DNA from: a virus
Lineage: Duplodnaviria; Caudoviricetes
Virus record (IMG/VR): IMGVR_UViG_3300049144_000095
Coordinates: 160,001 to 224,000 of that record
Length of the DNA stretch: 64,000 bases
Strand: one strand, 5' to 3'
Part shown: positions 47,230 to 57,935 of the stretch, piece by piece
Layout of the letters: each line of letters begins with the position of its first letter
How positions within the stretch are numbered: the first letter of the stretch is position 1
Notes under the pieces: model-generated
What the model saw: only the letters and a program-made list of their open reading frames with translations
What the model was told of the DNA's origin: nothing
Databases searched by the model: none
Position numbers and translations under genes: made by a program

Positions 47230-47346
47230 CGGACCATGTGACGGGAGCCACGGCCCCGGTGCCCACTACTGGGCACTGCTGGAAGCGCGGTGCTGCGAGG
47301 GTGGTGCAGTCGCCGCGAACGGCGCGGCTTCCGGAAGGAGAAGGCG

Positions 47347-47607
47347 ATGGGTGCGGTATCGGTCGAGGTCGCAGGCTTCCTCAACGACGACAGCGTGGAG
47401 GAGTCCCTGGGGCGGCTCGGGCAGGCGGCTCTCGGCAGCGGCATCAGTGATGCCGCCCTGAGGTCCCTGGTCAAGATCACCTGCCGGGCGCACAACGTGC
47501 GGGTCGAAGGCCTCGACACCCACGGCATCGACGAGGAGCACCTGGAAGAGATGCGCAGCGTCGGCCTCATCTACCGGCCGAGCCGCTGCCAGGTGAAGAT
47601 GGTCTGA
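47347..47607 (+). CDS. small protein, paralog of 46960..47229
   Basis: same shared pattern. Confidence 0.65.
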   Translation: MGAVSVEVAGFLNDDSVEESLGRLGQAALGSGISDAALRSLVKITCRAHNVRVEGLDTHGIDEEHLEEMRSVGLIYRPSRCQVKMV

Positions 47608-47679
47608 CGCATCACCACGCGAGGCCGCCCGGTCATCCACTGGGCGGCCTCGCCGCACACCGGAAAAGGAGAAGGAGCG

Positions 47680-48393
47680 ATGGGGATTCACGTACACAAG
47701 GCGATCGGTTACGGCCTGACCGACATGGCCTACAAGGACTACAGGATCACCGACCCCCGCATCAACACTGGCAGTTTCCTGCTCGGCGGACGGGAGGTGC
47801 CTCCCGTCGAGGATTACATCGCCTTCGTCGAACGCACCACCTCCGAGGGTGACTTCGAGGCCCGGCTAGAGGCGGGCATGCTCCGTGAGTACGAGGGTGC
47901 AGACGTCGACAGTCAGGAGCTGTGCATCTGGAAGGCTGAGTACGGCCTGCCGGAGGTGCTGCTGCTCCGGCCCTTCGGCTGCGCTCGATGGTTCAGGCGC
48001 GACGATCCGATCGACGTCGAGGAGGAGGCGATCCGAGGTACGACCATGGAATACCGCGTCGAGCGGACGGTCGGCAACATCCACCCTTACGACGGCATCT
48101 ACATGGACGTCCGGACCGGAGAACGATTCGTCGGTGACCAGGCGACTCGGGTGAGGGCGTGGCGTCGCGTCATCAACGCACCTGTCGGCGAGAAGCTAAC
48201 AGAGGAAGGCCGAGCCGACCTTCTCGACAAGATCGCCAAGGTCATTGGCTACAAGGACCATGCCGAAGCCGAACAGCTTATTGCTCCCCTGGTGCCCGAC
48301 GAGGTCCGGCGCATCTGCGAGTGGGGCGAGCTGTTCACCTCGCCCGACGTCTGGCGCCAGCTCCGGCCCATCCTGTACACGTACTGGGCCTGA
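47680..48393 (+). CDS. hypothetical protein
   Basis: 237-aa ORF with strong RBS. Confidence 0.75.
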   Translation: MGIHVHKAIGYGLTDMAYKDYRITDPRINTGSFLLGGREVPPVEDYIAFVERTTSEGDFEARLEAGMLREYEGADVDSQELCIWKAEYGLPEVLLLRPFGCARWFRRDDPIDVEEEAIRGTTMEYRVERTVGNIHPYDGIYMDVRTGERFVGDQATRVRAWRRVINAPVGEKLTEEGRADLLDKIAKVIGYKDHAEAEQLIAPLVPDEVRRICEWGELFTSPDVWRQLRPILYTYWA

Positions 48394-48987
48394 GGTCAGG
48401 GCCGTCAACTCGCAAGCAGTAAGGGGGAAGTGTGATGAGCGAGTCCAACGAGACTCACAAGTTCAGTCAGCCGCTCACCGATGAGGAGGAGCGACGGCTG
48501 GCGGCTGAGGCGGGGCAGCAGTCGATCGCGGGCTGGTGGAACTCTTCCTGCGGCTTGGGCCGCCGCCTTCCAGTGACGCGGAGGCGTCCGAGTGGTCCAT
48601 CCGTGCAGACAGAAGGGCCCGAACCATCACAGTTCGGGCCCTTCTGCTGTTGATCACACACAAAGGCCCACCCCGGTACCACGGGATGGGCCTTGTTGAC
48701 CTTCACCCATTGCAGGGGCGGCGGTCGGGTAACCCCCCTAGCCGAGGGGTCACCGGCGATTCCTTAGGGGAAATCTGCACCAGCATACCAGTCACGTCCA
48801 CAGACTGGTAGACCGAGAGCACTTTTGCTGTTCCGTCGCGGCTGGTTGTGCATCCGGTCGATACGGCGTTTCTGAAGCAGCATCACCTGGCTGGCGACAC
48901 TGATGAATCCGCAGGTCAGAGGCGTTGTCAGTGGTGCCCTGTAGAGTGGAAACATCACTGAAGGAGTGCCGGAAAAGGGGTAGGAAC

Positions 48988-50142
48988 GTGACCACTGACG
49001 TCCTGAAGAACCACCGTGTGAACCACGTAGCTCTCGTCATCGACAAGTCCGGGTCGATGCGTCAGCACGAACAGACCGTCATCCGCGTCGTGGACGAGTT
49101 CGTGAAGGGCCTCAAGGAGGAGTCCCGGGAGCGCGTCGACCCGTCGACCGGCCGCAAGGTGCCCCGGCAGGAGACGCGCATCTCGCTGTACGCCTTCGAC
49201 CACACGGTGGAGTGCCTGGTCTGGGACATGAGCGTGGAGGATCTTCCCTCCATGCGTGACGTCTACCGGGTCCAGGGCGGCGCCACTTCGCTGATCGAAG
49301 CAACGGTCCTCTCCCTCGACGACCTGGCCAGCGAGGTCTCGCAGAAGTACGGCGAGCACAGCTTCCTCCAGATCACCTGGACCGACGGAATCGAGAACGC
49401 CTCCGGCTGCTCCGAGACCGGCCACATGCACTCCTCGCCGGACGGGTACCGGGTCGAGCGTCCCGACCAGCTCAACCACTGGAAGAAGCGCATCCAGACC
49501 GCCATGGCGGAACTGCCGGACAACTGGACCTCCGCGATCCTGGTGCCGAACGTCCTTTCCAAGCGCAAGGCGCAGGAGTACGGCTTCCCGTCGGGCAACA
49601 TTTCGATGTGGGACGCCGAGACGACTCAGGGTGTCGAGGAGGCCATCGGCACCATGAAGGCGGCTGCCACGAGCTTCTTGCGGGGTCGCGAGCGGGGCGT
49701 ACGCGGTACCAGGAGTCTCTTCGCGGTCGGCCAGGATCTCGACGTGGCCACGGTGAAGTCGGTTCTCACGCCGCTCGACGGCTCGAAGTACAAGCTGCTC
49801 GACATCAAGGACACCGACCACGACCGGGAGATCCGCGATTTCGTCGAAAAGCGGATGCCCGGGGTCACGTACAAGCAGGGCATGGCGTACTACCAGCTCG
49901 GTCCGCGCGTGACCGTGCAATCCAGCAAGGACGTCGTGGTCCTCGACACCGAAACCGACCTGGTCTACGGCGGACCGGACGCCCGTGAGCTGCTCTTCGG
50001 GGGCGCCGGGCGTGACGGCGGCTCCCTGTCGGTGAAGGCGGGGCAGAACTCCAAGCTCAAGGTGTTCGTCCAGTCCAAGAGCGTCAACCGCAAGCTGAAG
50101 AAGCTGACCGGCGACGACACCAAGCTCCTCGTCATGCTGTAG
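48988..50142 (+). CDS. von Willebrand factor A (vWA) domain protein
   Basis: VALVIDKSGSM (MIDAS DxSxS), GGATSL, ITWTDGIEN. Confidence 0.85.
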   Translation: MTTDVLKNHRVNHVALVIDKSGSMRQHEQTVIRVVDEFVKGLKEESRERVDPSTGRKVPRQETRISLYAFDHTVECLVWDMSVEDLPSMRDVYRVQGGATSLIEATVLSLDDLASEVSQKYGEHSFLQITWTDGIENASGCSETGHMHSSPDGYRVERPDQLNHWKKRIQTAMAELPDNWTSAILVPNVLSKRKAQEYGFPSGNISMWDAETTQGVEEAIGTMKAAATSFLRGRERGVRGTRSLFAVGQDLDVATVKSVLTPLDGSKYKLLDIKDTDHDREIRDFVEKRMPGVTYKQGMAYYQLGPRVTVQSSKDVVVLDTETDLVYGGPDARELLFGGAGRDGGSLSVKAGQNSKLKVFVQSKSVNRKLKKLTGDDTKLLVML

Positions 50143-50390
50143 TCCCGCACTCTTGCGTTCGCGCCCTCCCCCTCTTGGTTCGAGAATTGAAGAACAAGCG
50201 AGCTGGATTCCCAGGCACTTGAGGTTCTTCATTACAAATCCAGTGGTGGGTGAAACCTGAGGTAAAGTTGCAACCGGCGAGGGTGACCAGCAGCAGCCGT
50301 CTTTCGAGGGGAAGGCGGCTGCTGCTTTCTCTTTGATCCACATTGCCCCCGGCAGCGTCTACGCTGCTCCTATAGGGAGAGGGGGCTCGA

Positions 50391-53300
50391 ATGCCGCTGC
50401 CTGCTGAGCGCACCGTCACAGGGAAATACGTCAACCCGGTTACCGGCGAGCCGTATGACGGACGAACTGGCGAACACTATGTCATTTTCGAACCCGTTCC
50501 GGACCGGTGGACCGATCAGGCGGGTAACCAGATCCTGCTCGGTGGTGGCCGGGTCAACCTCGACGAGACGGGCTCATTCGCCGAGGATGTGGTGTGCACC
50601 GACGTGGATGACGTGCTCCCCGAAGACGGGCGGCTGTGGCGCCTCAGGCAGTACGTCGGCGGCGCCTGGTCCGTGCAGTACCTCCAGGTCCCCACGGGCA
50701 GCGGACCGATCGACATCACCGACGTCGGATCCGTCGACCTGTGCGGCATCGAGTACGTTCCCGTCCCGGGTCCCCCCGGTCCGGCGACGGAGGTCACGGG
50801 TGTCGCCCCCGTGCAGGTGACGACGCAGGCGCCCGGCAAGGCGCAGGTGTCTCTGGAGCCCGGCGCGGAAGGACAGGTGCTGACGACCGCTGACGGGCAG
50901 GCTCAATGGGTGAATCCTTCCGGGGGTGGCGGAAGTTCGACCTGGGGCGGCATCCTGGGGACACTCAGCAATCAGGCAGACCTCAAGGCCGCCCTCGATG
51001 CAAAGCTGTCGGCCTCACTGGCGGGCGCCGCCAATGGTGTAGCGAGCCTGGATTCCAGCGGCATGGTTCCGCTCCCTCAGCTTCCCAGGGGCGGCCCGCT
51101 CGGGCTGGCCACGCTTGACGCTACGGGCAAACTCTCTCTGGGTCAGCTTTCGTCGGACATTCCTGCTTCTTACGTCAACTCCGGCACCCTGGATTCGGCT
51201 CGCATTCCGGATCTCTCCTCGCTCTACCTGACGGCATCCCAAAAGGGCTCGGCCAACGGCGTGGCCAGTCTTGATTCCTCCGGGAAGGTGCCGAACTCCC
51301 AGCTTCCGGCGGCAACGCCCCTCGGGATGGCAACTCTTGACGCCGACGGCAAACTCGTTCAGACCCAGATTCCGGACACCGACGCAGCCAAGGTCACTTC
51401 GGGGGCTTTCGATCCTGCCCGTATTCCGGACCTTTCGAGTGCTTACGTCGCCGTCACCGAGGTCGGCGCAGCGGACGGAGTGGCCTCACTGGGGTCCGAC
51501 GGCAAGGTCCCGGCGGGCCAACTCGACGTGATCACGGGTGGCCTGGACACGGCGACCCTGTCGGGCGGCAACATCCGCCCGAATACCGTCAACCCCCTCG
51601 CCATCGACATCGACCCACTGACGGGGCGCATTGTCGACTATTCGACAAACCCGCCCACTGTCACCGACGTCCAGACCGATGACGTGATCACGGTCGAGCT
51701 GGACTCCATCGCTCAGGAGCGGGGTATCACCTGGCTCCTCATGGGCGCTGACCACAGTGTCTTCCAGCAGGAAACCCGGCCGTCCCCCGAGGACCGCCGG
51801 AATTTCCTCGTTCTGGGCTTCGTGCTCCAGGACGGCGGTTCCATCGTCCTGGCCCACTCCATACCCACTGTCATCGAGCAGCCCGTCAACCAGCTCTACG
51901 ACCTCCTCGACGCGATCGGGGCCTTCAACCTCTCGGGCAACAGCATCAGCCCGAACGGCAACAACCTGATACTGAACCACGAGCCGGGCCGCGTCTTCTC
52001 GCGGGGATGGAACTACTGGGACGGCTCCTCCCGCACCAACAGCCCGCACATCGTCTCCACGGTCGGCGCCATTCCTGCCTCATGGGTGCACGTCACGCGG
52101 GACGGCGACATCAGTCCGGCATCCGCCACGGCCACCGTTGACGTCGGCCACTACGACCTGGACGGCGTACTGACCCCTGCCACGGAACCCGTGGTGCACC
52201 AGCTCTACGTTTTCCCGACGTCCGACGGCTCCGAGATCCACGTCCTCCAGTACGGCCAGCAGACTTTCGCTTCACTCGACGATGCCGTCCGACAGGCAGC
52301 AGCGGCACCCATTACGGTCAACCCCGCCCTGCCCGGCAACGCGGTTCTGCTGGCCTACCTCGCCGTCTCCCCCACCGCCACCGACCTGTCCGATCCGGCC
52401 CAGGCCCAGGTCATCATCGCGTCCGCATTCGGAGGTTCCGGCGGCAGCGGCGGTGGCGGGGGCGGTGGGTACGCCCAACTCAGTGGCGCCGAGTTCACCG
52501 GCCCGGTCGGCAGCGTGCGCGAGGAGTCCGACTCCATTGCCGAGTACGCCCGCACCACCGCCGACACCTCCCACCGCTTCCGCAGGCTGGTGGACGGAAC
52601 GCAGCAGTGGGGCAGTGGATCTGCCCCCATGGATGCCGAGCTGCGCCGTCTCGCGGCTGGACTGCTGGCCTTCCTGGACACGGACGTCCTGGTGGGGCAG
52701 GACGGTGCGAAGGCTCTCCGTCTGAGGCAGTCCGGAACGAATGTAGGAGTCGACGCCTCGGCGGCCGACCTCTTCGTGTCCGTATGGGAACTGGCCGGGT
52801 TCGCCGGGGCGCAGCGTACGTACCTTCGGCTGGAGGCCACGGCGCAGCTCGCCCACGCCATCGGCACGTGGGCTTTCGCGGCCGACAGCGACGGTTCCGC
52901 CGTGCACACGCTCGATGCGGCCAACAACAAGCTGGGACTTCACGGCGCCACACCTGTCGCCCGGCAGACCGTGAGCGGAGCCCGTTCCACCGGTGCCGCC
53001 CTCCAGAGCCTACTTCAGGCACTCAACCTCGTCGGCCTCATCAACGACACCTCCACCGCCGGGCCGGACATGGTCCAGACGGTCAACGGGGAGAGCGGTC
53101 CGGACGTCACGCTCGACGCGGCAGACGTGGGGGCCGACCCGGCCGGATCGGCGACTGCGGCAGGAAGCGCTGCCGTGTCTGCGGCTGCGGCGGACGCGGC
53201 GACGAAGTACACGCCGCTGACGGACCCCCGCCTGACCGACTCCCGGACGCCCGTTGCTCACGCGGATACCCACGCTTCAGGCGGAACCGATTCGCTGACA

Positions 53301-56300
53301 CCGGGCGCGATCGGTGCCCTCTCGGCAAGCCAGAAGGGCACCGCCTCCGGCGTAGCCAGCCTGGACGCGGGCACGAAGGTGCCGGTCGCCCAGATACCGA
53401 ACCTTCCTGCGTCGCAGATCAACAGCGGAACGCTGGACGTCGCGCGGATACCCGACCTGTCGTCCCTGTACCTGGCCGCCAGCAGGCTGGGTGCGGCCAA
53501 CGGTGTCGCCTCCCTGGGTGCGAACGGCAAGGTGCCCGCAGGGCAGCTTCCCGCGTCGACCGTGGCCAACGTGAGGGACTACGGGGCCGTCGGTGACGGC
53601 ACGGCCGACGACACCACGGCGATCCAGGCGGCGATCAACGCTGCCAACGGCGTGGGCGGCGGCACGGTGTACCTCCCCCGGGGCGAGTACAAGATCTCGT
53701 CCGCCCTGACCATCTACAACCACATCGCCCTCGTCGGTGACGGTGACTACGTCACCAACATCGTCCAGAGCAGCACGACGGCGCACGGCCTCGTCGGCAA
53801 CAACCTGTCCTACGTGACGATCAAGTCGCTCCGCCTCACGGGCCCGAACAGCGGCAACGGCGAGGGCATCGCTTTCATGACCGAGTTCGACTACTGCATC
53901 ATCGAAGACGTCACGGTCACGAACTTCGGCTCTACCGGCATCGACATCGAGCAGCCGATCGTGAGCCATTTCGTCAAGGTGAAAAGCCGACTCAACGGCG
54001 GCGCGGGCTTCTACATCCACGGCACCGGCTCCGGCGCGGGCACCTCACTCTCAATGGACGCCTGCTGGGCCCACGACAACGTGAGCAACGGCTACAGCTT
54101 CTACAACATGACGTACTGCTCGCTCAACGCTTGCGCGGCGGACAACCAGATCAACTCGGGCAAGTCCGGCTACCTGCTCAACACCTGCATCGGCTTCAAC
54201 CTGTCCGGCTGCGGCAGCGAGAACAACAACATCGGCGTCACGTTCACCGGCGGCGGATCGCACGTCGTGAACGGATTCTTCAACTACAGCAACCCCTCCG
54301 GCGGCATGGGGTTCTGGGTCACCGGCGGGGCCAGCGACATTCAGTTGAACGCCATCAACGAGAGCGCCCCGAACGCGAGCGCCCTGAGGTGGGTGCAGGT
54401 CGACACCGGATGCTCGGCGACCGTGCGCGGATCGTCGCACACCACGGCGGATCAGTTCGCCAGCGGCACCACCGTGCGCTACTCGAACGCCTCCGGCACC
54501 GAAGCCGTCGCCGGGTCCCGCGCCGCAGGCCAGAACCTCGTCGTCGGCGCAACGGCACCACTGGGCGACAACGGGGTGGGCGAGATCCAGGTCGCCAACG
54601 CCACGACCGTCCCCACCACGAACCCGACGGGTGGCGCCACGGCTTACGCCCAGGGCGGTGTACTGAAGGTGCGCCAGGCGGACGGAACGGTCGTCACCGT
54701 TCAGAATCCGCCGGTTACCTCGGTCAACGGCAAGACAGGCGCCGCTTCGCTGACCGCTTCGGACGTCTCGGCCGTTCCCACCTCGGCGGTCGGTGCGGCC
54801 TCGGGTGTAGCGTCGCTCGACTCGGGAAGCAAGGTGCCCACCGGGCAGATCCCGGCGCTTCCCGCCTCGCAAATCGGGTCGGGCACGTTCGCCACTGCCC
54901 GGATCCCCGACCTGTCGGCGACGTATGTGGCCGTCAGCCAGAAGGGTGTGGCCAGCGGCGTCGCCACGCTCGATGCGAGCACGAAGATCCCTACCGCCCA
55001 GATCCCGGACCTTCCGGCTTCGCAGATCAACAGCGGTACCTTCGCCGTCGGGCAGATCCCCGATCTCTCCTCGGTCTATCTCGCCATCGGACAGAAGGGC
55101 GCGGCCAGCGGCGTTGCCTCCCTCGACGCGACGACGAAGATACCCGTCGCGCAGATACCGAGTCTTCCCGCCTCACAGATAAACTCCGGAGTCCTCGATC
55201 CTGCCCGCCTCCCGGACCTGTCGGGCACGTACGTGACCACCGGTCGGATCGGCGCCGCCAGCGGCGTCGCCTCACTGGACGCGGGGAGCAAGGTTCCGGC
55301 CGCGCAACTGCCGGATCTGTCGTCGACCTACCTCGCCACCTCCGCCGCCGGAGCCGCCAACGGGGTCGCCTCCCTCGACGCGACGACGAAGATACCCGTC
55401 GCCCAGGTGCCCAGCCTCCCCGCCTCGCAGATCGCGTCGGGGACCTTCGCTGCCGCACGCATCCCCGACCTGTCTGCCGCCTATCTCACCGTGGCACAGC
55501 GAGCAGCGGCCAACGGCGTCGCATCTCTGGACTCCGCATCCCAGGTCCCCGTCGCCCAGATCCCGAGTCTGGCGTACCTGCCCAGCGCTGGCGGCAACCT
55601 CACAGGACCCATCACTTCCACCGGGGCCTCGGCCGCCGCCATTCTTGTGGCCGGAATCGTCTCTGGCGACGGCTTCGATCGTTACCGCCTGACGGCCGAC
55701 GGAGGTCAGGCCTGGGGGTCCGGCGCAGCAGCACGTGACACCACGCTGCGCCGCTCGGCGGCCGGTGTCCTGGCCACCGACAACACGTTCGCTGCTCTGA
55801 CCGGTCTGCAAGTCGGCTCCGTATCCACGGATTTCGGCGGTGGAGCGGGCGTCGTCAGCATCAAGAACGCCACCACCGTACCGACCGCCAACCCCACCAA
55901 CGGTGGCATCCTCTACGCCCAGGGCGGCGTACTGAAGGTGCGGCAGTCCGACGGCACTGTGGTGACGCTGCAAAACCCGCCCGTCACCTCCGTCAACGGA
56001 TCGACCGGCGCGGTCTCCGTCACCCCGGCCAGTATCAGCGCGGTGGCCACTTCCGCCGTCGGCGCCGCCAGCGGCGTGGCATCCCTTGACTCCTCGTCGA
56101 AGGTGCCGGTTGCTCAGATTCCCAGCCTCAGCAGCACTTACCTGACGGTCTCGCAGCGCGGCGCGGCCAACGGTGTCGCCAGCCTCGACGCATCCAGCCT
56201 GGTGCCGACATCCCAGCTCCCCGACCAGAGGGTTCTCGTCGGAGAAACGGGTCGGAAATACCGTCTGCTCAGCGGTGTCATCCGCAACACCGGCAGCGGC

Positions 56301-56891
56301 TGGGCCTTCATCAACGACACCGGTCACCAGCCCTCCGGATTCACCGGCGTTACAGCCACGACGACCTATCTCACGCTCGCTCACGCTGTGGGCGGCCTCA
56401 AAGTCAGTTCGTTCCAGATCACCCCCGACGAGACGTTCGCAAGTCTGGGTATCCGGGTCGGAGCGAGCGTGGGCGTCGATTCGACGAACGTCTACATCTA
56501 CCGAGAGCCGGAGGACCGGATCTCGGATTTCATCCAGTGGGACTCCACTAACGGCTGGACCTCTCAGAACGGTGTTTTTACGGGCCTGTCCTTCGCCAGC
56601 GGCGTCCTGACGGTCACCCACGAAGCCATGGGCACGGACAAGCATCACAGCATCGCCATTGCCAACCGGGGCGGCGTGCTTGCGCAAGCGGCTGCCCTCA
56701 CCGACACCACCTTCCAGGTTGCCTTCTACAGCGGATCCTTCGGCAGCCTCGCATCGGTCACCACGGCAGCGTCCACGATGCGCTTCTATGTCACCCGCTA
56801 TGGACGTCGGGCCACGGTGCCTTCCGAGAACCCGGCCAACGTGGTCAGCGCCAACGGCAACTTCTGGATCACCGGTCTGATCGAGGTATAG
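50391..56891 (+). CDS. tail fibre/tailspike-like protein with beta-helix (pectate-lyase-3-like) domain
   Basis: 2166 aa; NVRDYGAVGDGTADDTTAIQAAINAA...GGTVYLPRGEYKI; about 15 GVASLD-type repeats; TSVNG linkers. Confidence 0.8.
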   Translation: MPLPAERTVTGKYVNPVTGEPYDGRTGEHYVIFEPVPDRWTDQAGNQILLGGGRVNLDETGSFAEDVVCTDVDDVLPEDGRLWRLRQYVGGAWSVQYLQVPTGSGPIDITDVGSVDLCGIEYVPVPGPPGPATEVTGVAPVQVTTQAPGKAQVSLEPGAEGQVLTTADGQAQWVNPSGGGGSSTWGGILGTLSNQADLKAALDAKLSASLAGAANGVASLDSSGMVPLPQLPRGGPLGLATLDATGKLSLGQLSSDIPASYVNSGTLDSARIPDLSSLYLTASQKGSANGVASLDSSGKVPNSQLPAATPLGMATLDADGKLVQTQIPDTDAAKVTSGAFDPARIPDLSSAYVAVTEVGAADGVASLGSDGKVPAGQLDVITGGLDTATLSGGNIRPNTVNPLAIDIDPLTGRIVDYSTNPPTVTDVQTDDVITVELDSIAQERGITWLLMGADHSVFQQETRPSPEDRRNFLVLGFVLQDGGSIVLAHSIPTVIEQPVNQLYDLLDAIGAFNLSGNSISPNGNNLILNHEPGRVFSRGWNYWDGSSRTNSPHIVSTVGAIPASWVHVTRDGDISPASATATVDVGHYDLDGVLTPATEPVVHQLYVFPTSDGSEIHVLQYGQQTFASLDDAVRQAAAAPITVNPALPGNAVLLAYLAVSPTATDLSDPAQAQVIIASAFGGSGGSGGGGGGGYAQLSGAEFTGPVGSVREESDSIAEYARTTADTSHRFRRLVDGTQQWGSGSAPMDAELRRLAAGLLAFLDTDVLVGQDGAKALRLRQSGTNVGVDASAADLFVSVWELAGFAGAQRTYLRLEATAQLAHAIGTWAFAADSDGSAVHTLDAANNKLGLHGATPVARQTVSGARSTGAALQSLLQALNLVGLINDTSTAGPDMVQTVNGESGPDVTLDAADVGADPAGSATAAGSAAVSAAAADAATKYTPLTDPRLTDSRTPVAHADTHASGGTDSLTPGAIGALSASQKGTASGVASLDAGTKVPVAQIPNLPASQINSGTLDVARIPDLSSLYLAASRLGAANGVASLGANGKVPAGQLPASTVANVRDYGAVGDGTADDTTAIQAAINAANGVGGGTVYLPRGEYKISSALTIYNHIALVGDGDYVTNIVQSSTTAHGLVGNNLSYVTIKSLRLTGPNSGNGEGIAFMTEFDYCIIEDVTVTNFGSTGIDIEQPIVSHFVKVKSRLNGGAGFYIHGTGSGAGTSLSMDACWAHDNVSNGYSFYNMTYCSLNACAADNQINSGKSGYLLNTCIGFNLSGCGSENNNIGVTFTGGGSHVVNGFFNYSNPSGGMGFWVTGGASDIQLNAINESAPNASALRWVQVDTGCSATVRGSSHTTADQFASGTTVRYSNASGTEAVAGSRAAGQNLVVGATAPLGDNGVGEIQVANATTVPTTNPTGGATAYAQGGVLKVRQADGTVVTVQNPPVTSVNGKTGAASLTASDVSAVPTSAVGAASGVASLDSGSKVPTGQIPALPASQIGSGTFATARIPDLSATYVAVSQKGVASGVATLDASTKIPTAQIPDLPASQINSGTFAVGQIPDLSSVYLAIGQKGAASGVASLDATTKIPVAQIPSLPASQINSGVLDPARLPDLSGTYVTTGRIGAASGVASLDAGSKVPAAQLPDLSSTYLATSAAGAANGVASLDATTKIPVAQVPSLPASQIASGTFAAARIPDLSAAYLTVAQRAAANGVASLDSASQVPVAQIPSLAYLPSAGGNLTGPITSTGASAAAILVAGIVSGDGFDRYRLTADGGQAWGSGAAARDTTLRRSAAGVLATDNTFAALTGLQVGSVSTDFGGGAGVVSIKNATTVPTANPTNGGILYAQGGVLKVRQSDGTVVTLQNPPVTSVNGSTGAVSVTPASISAVATSAVGAASGVASLDSSSKVPVAQIPSLSSTYLTVSQRGAANGVASLDASSLVPTSQLPDQRVLVGETGRKYRLLSGVIRNTGSGWAFINDTGHQPSGFTGVTATTTYLTLAHAVGGLKVSSFQITPDETFASLGIRVGASVGVDSTNVYIYREPEDRISDFIQWDSTNGWTSQNGVFTGLSFASGVLTVTHEAMGTDKHHSIAIANRGGVLAQAAALTDTTFQVAFYSGSFGSLASVTTAASTMRFYVTRYGRRATVPSENPANVVSANGNFWITGLIEV

Positions 56892-56941
56892 CGGGGGCCT
56901 GTGAGCCGAGAGGCGGCCGTTCATCAGTGCGACGGCCGCCT

Positions 56942-57385
56942 CTACTGCTTCCGTCGCCAGAACCGGTGATACCCGCTCAGCTTGCGACGCGCTCCCGGCC
57001 AGCCCATGGCCTTCTGCGGGGCGTCTACCGCCAGGTAGCTGCGGGCGCCCGCCCGGCTCGTGCCGTCAGCGCTCACGTCCATCAGCAGCCCCTCGTCGAG
57101 GAGGGCGTCGAGGGCTTCTCTCGTCCGGGTCTTGGAGGACGGCTTTCCGTTCACGCCGGGGAGCAGCCAGCAGACCTCGTCCAGGGTCATCGGAGGAATG
57201 CCGAGCCCGTTCTCGAACTGCATGGAGCGCAGGATGCACCACAGGCGGAAAGCCGTCGGGGTGATCCGCTCGCACAGCATGACCCAGTCGGGGATCAGCG
57301 TGAACGAGGGCCGCCTTCGCCGCAGCATTCTGCGTCGAAGGCGCCTTCCAGTCGGAACCGACGGCACATCAGTCTGCTGCCCCAT
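56942..57385 (-). CDS. wHTH protein related to replication-initiator N-termini
   Basis: FTLIPDWVMLCERITPTAFRLWCILR...TREALDALLDEGLL. Confidence 0.65.
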   Translation of the reverse strand: MGQQTDVPSVPTGRRLRRRMLRRRRPSFTLIPDWVMLCERITPTAFRLWCILRSMQFENGLGIPPMTLDEVCWLLPGVNGKPSSKTRTREALDALLDEGLLMDVSADGTSRAGARSYLAVDAPQKAMGWPGARRKLSGYHRFWRRKQ

Positions 57386-57653
57386 CCCCCCTCCCCTCGC
57401 AATCCCCGCATCGGACCCTAGTCGTGTTTTCGGCTGCCACTGCCGACCGGGCGCGTTCATCCGTGCGCCTTGCCCGAAGGGGTGCCGCAAGTGGCTGACC
57501 TTTGAGGGGGCACCCGGTCGGCGCCTGCCTTCACAGAGGCCGTCGCAGCAGCTCAAGTCTACTCTCCAACAGGCTACTTGACGGCCTAGGCCACTCCATG
57601 GAAGAGTACTCCATGTCGCCACAACGGGGCGGCCTCGGAAGGGAGAACCAAAG

Positions 57654-57935
57654 GTGAGCAACGGCCGAAACGGAAAGATCAAGCCGATGGGCTTCGACGC
57701 TGCGGCGACAGTTCTGACTTGCGACTTCTCCCCTGAGGCACGCACCAACTTCACCACTCTGGTGAGGGACGTGGCCCGCCAGTACGACCACAACGACTCC
57801 GTCGCCCTGAACCGCCTCCGCAGCCGCCTGAACCGGGCGGCAGGAGGGCGCAACGCAACGAGGCGACGCTGGGCCGAGGAGGTACTGGCGAAGCTCCCCA
57901 AGCGGGAGCCCCTGGCTGCCGGTTTCGGCCGGTAA
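57654..57935 (+). CDS. hypothetical protein
   Basis: 93-aa ORF downstream of TTGACG and the palindrome at 57578-57592. Confidence 0.55.
   Translation: MSNGRNGKIKPMGFDAAATVLTCDFSPEARTNFTTLVRDVARQYDHNDSVALNRLRSRLNRAAGGRNATRRRWAEEVLAKLPKREPLAAGFGR

Noticed and set aside
48895-48960. Hammerhead ribozyme (CTGATGA ... GAAAC)
   Set aside because: Stem II would lack its closing pair next to the core, and stems I and III could not be built
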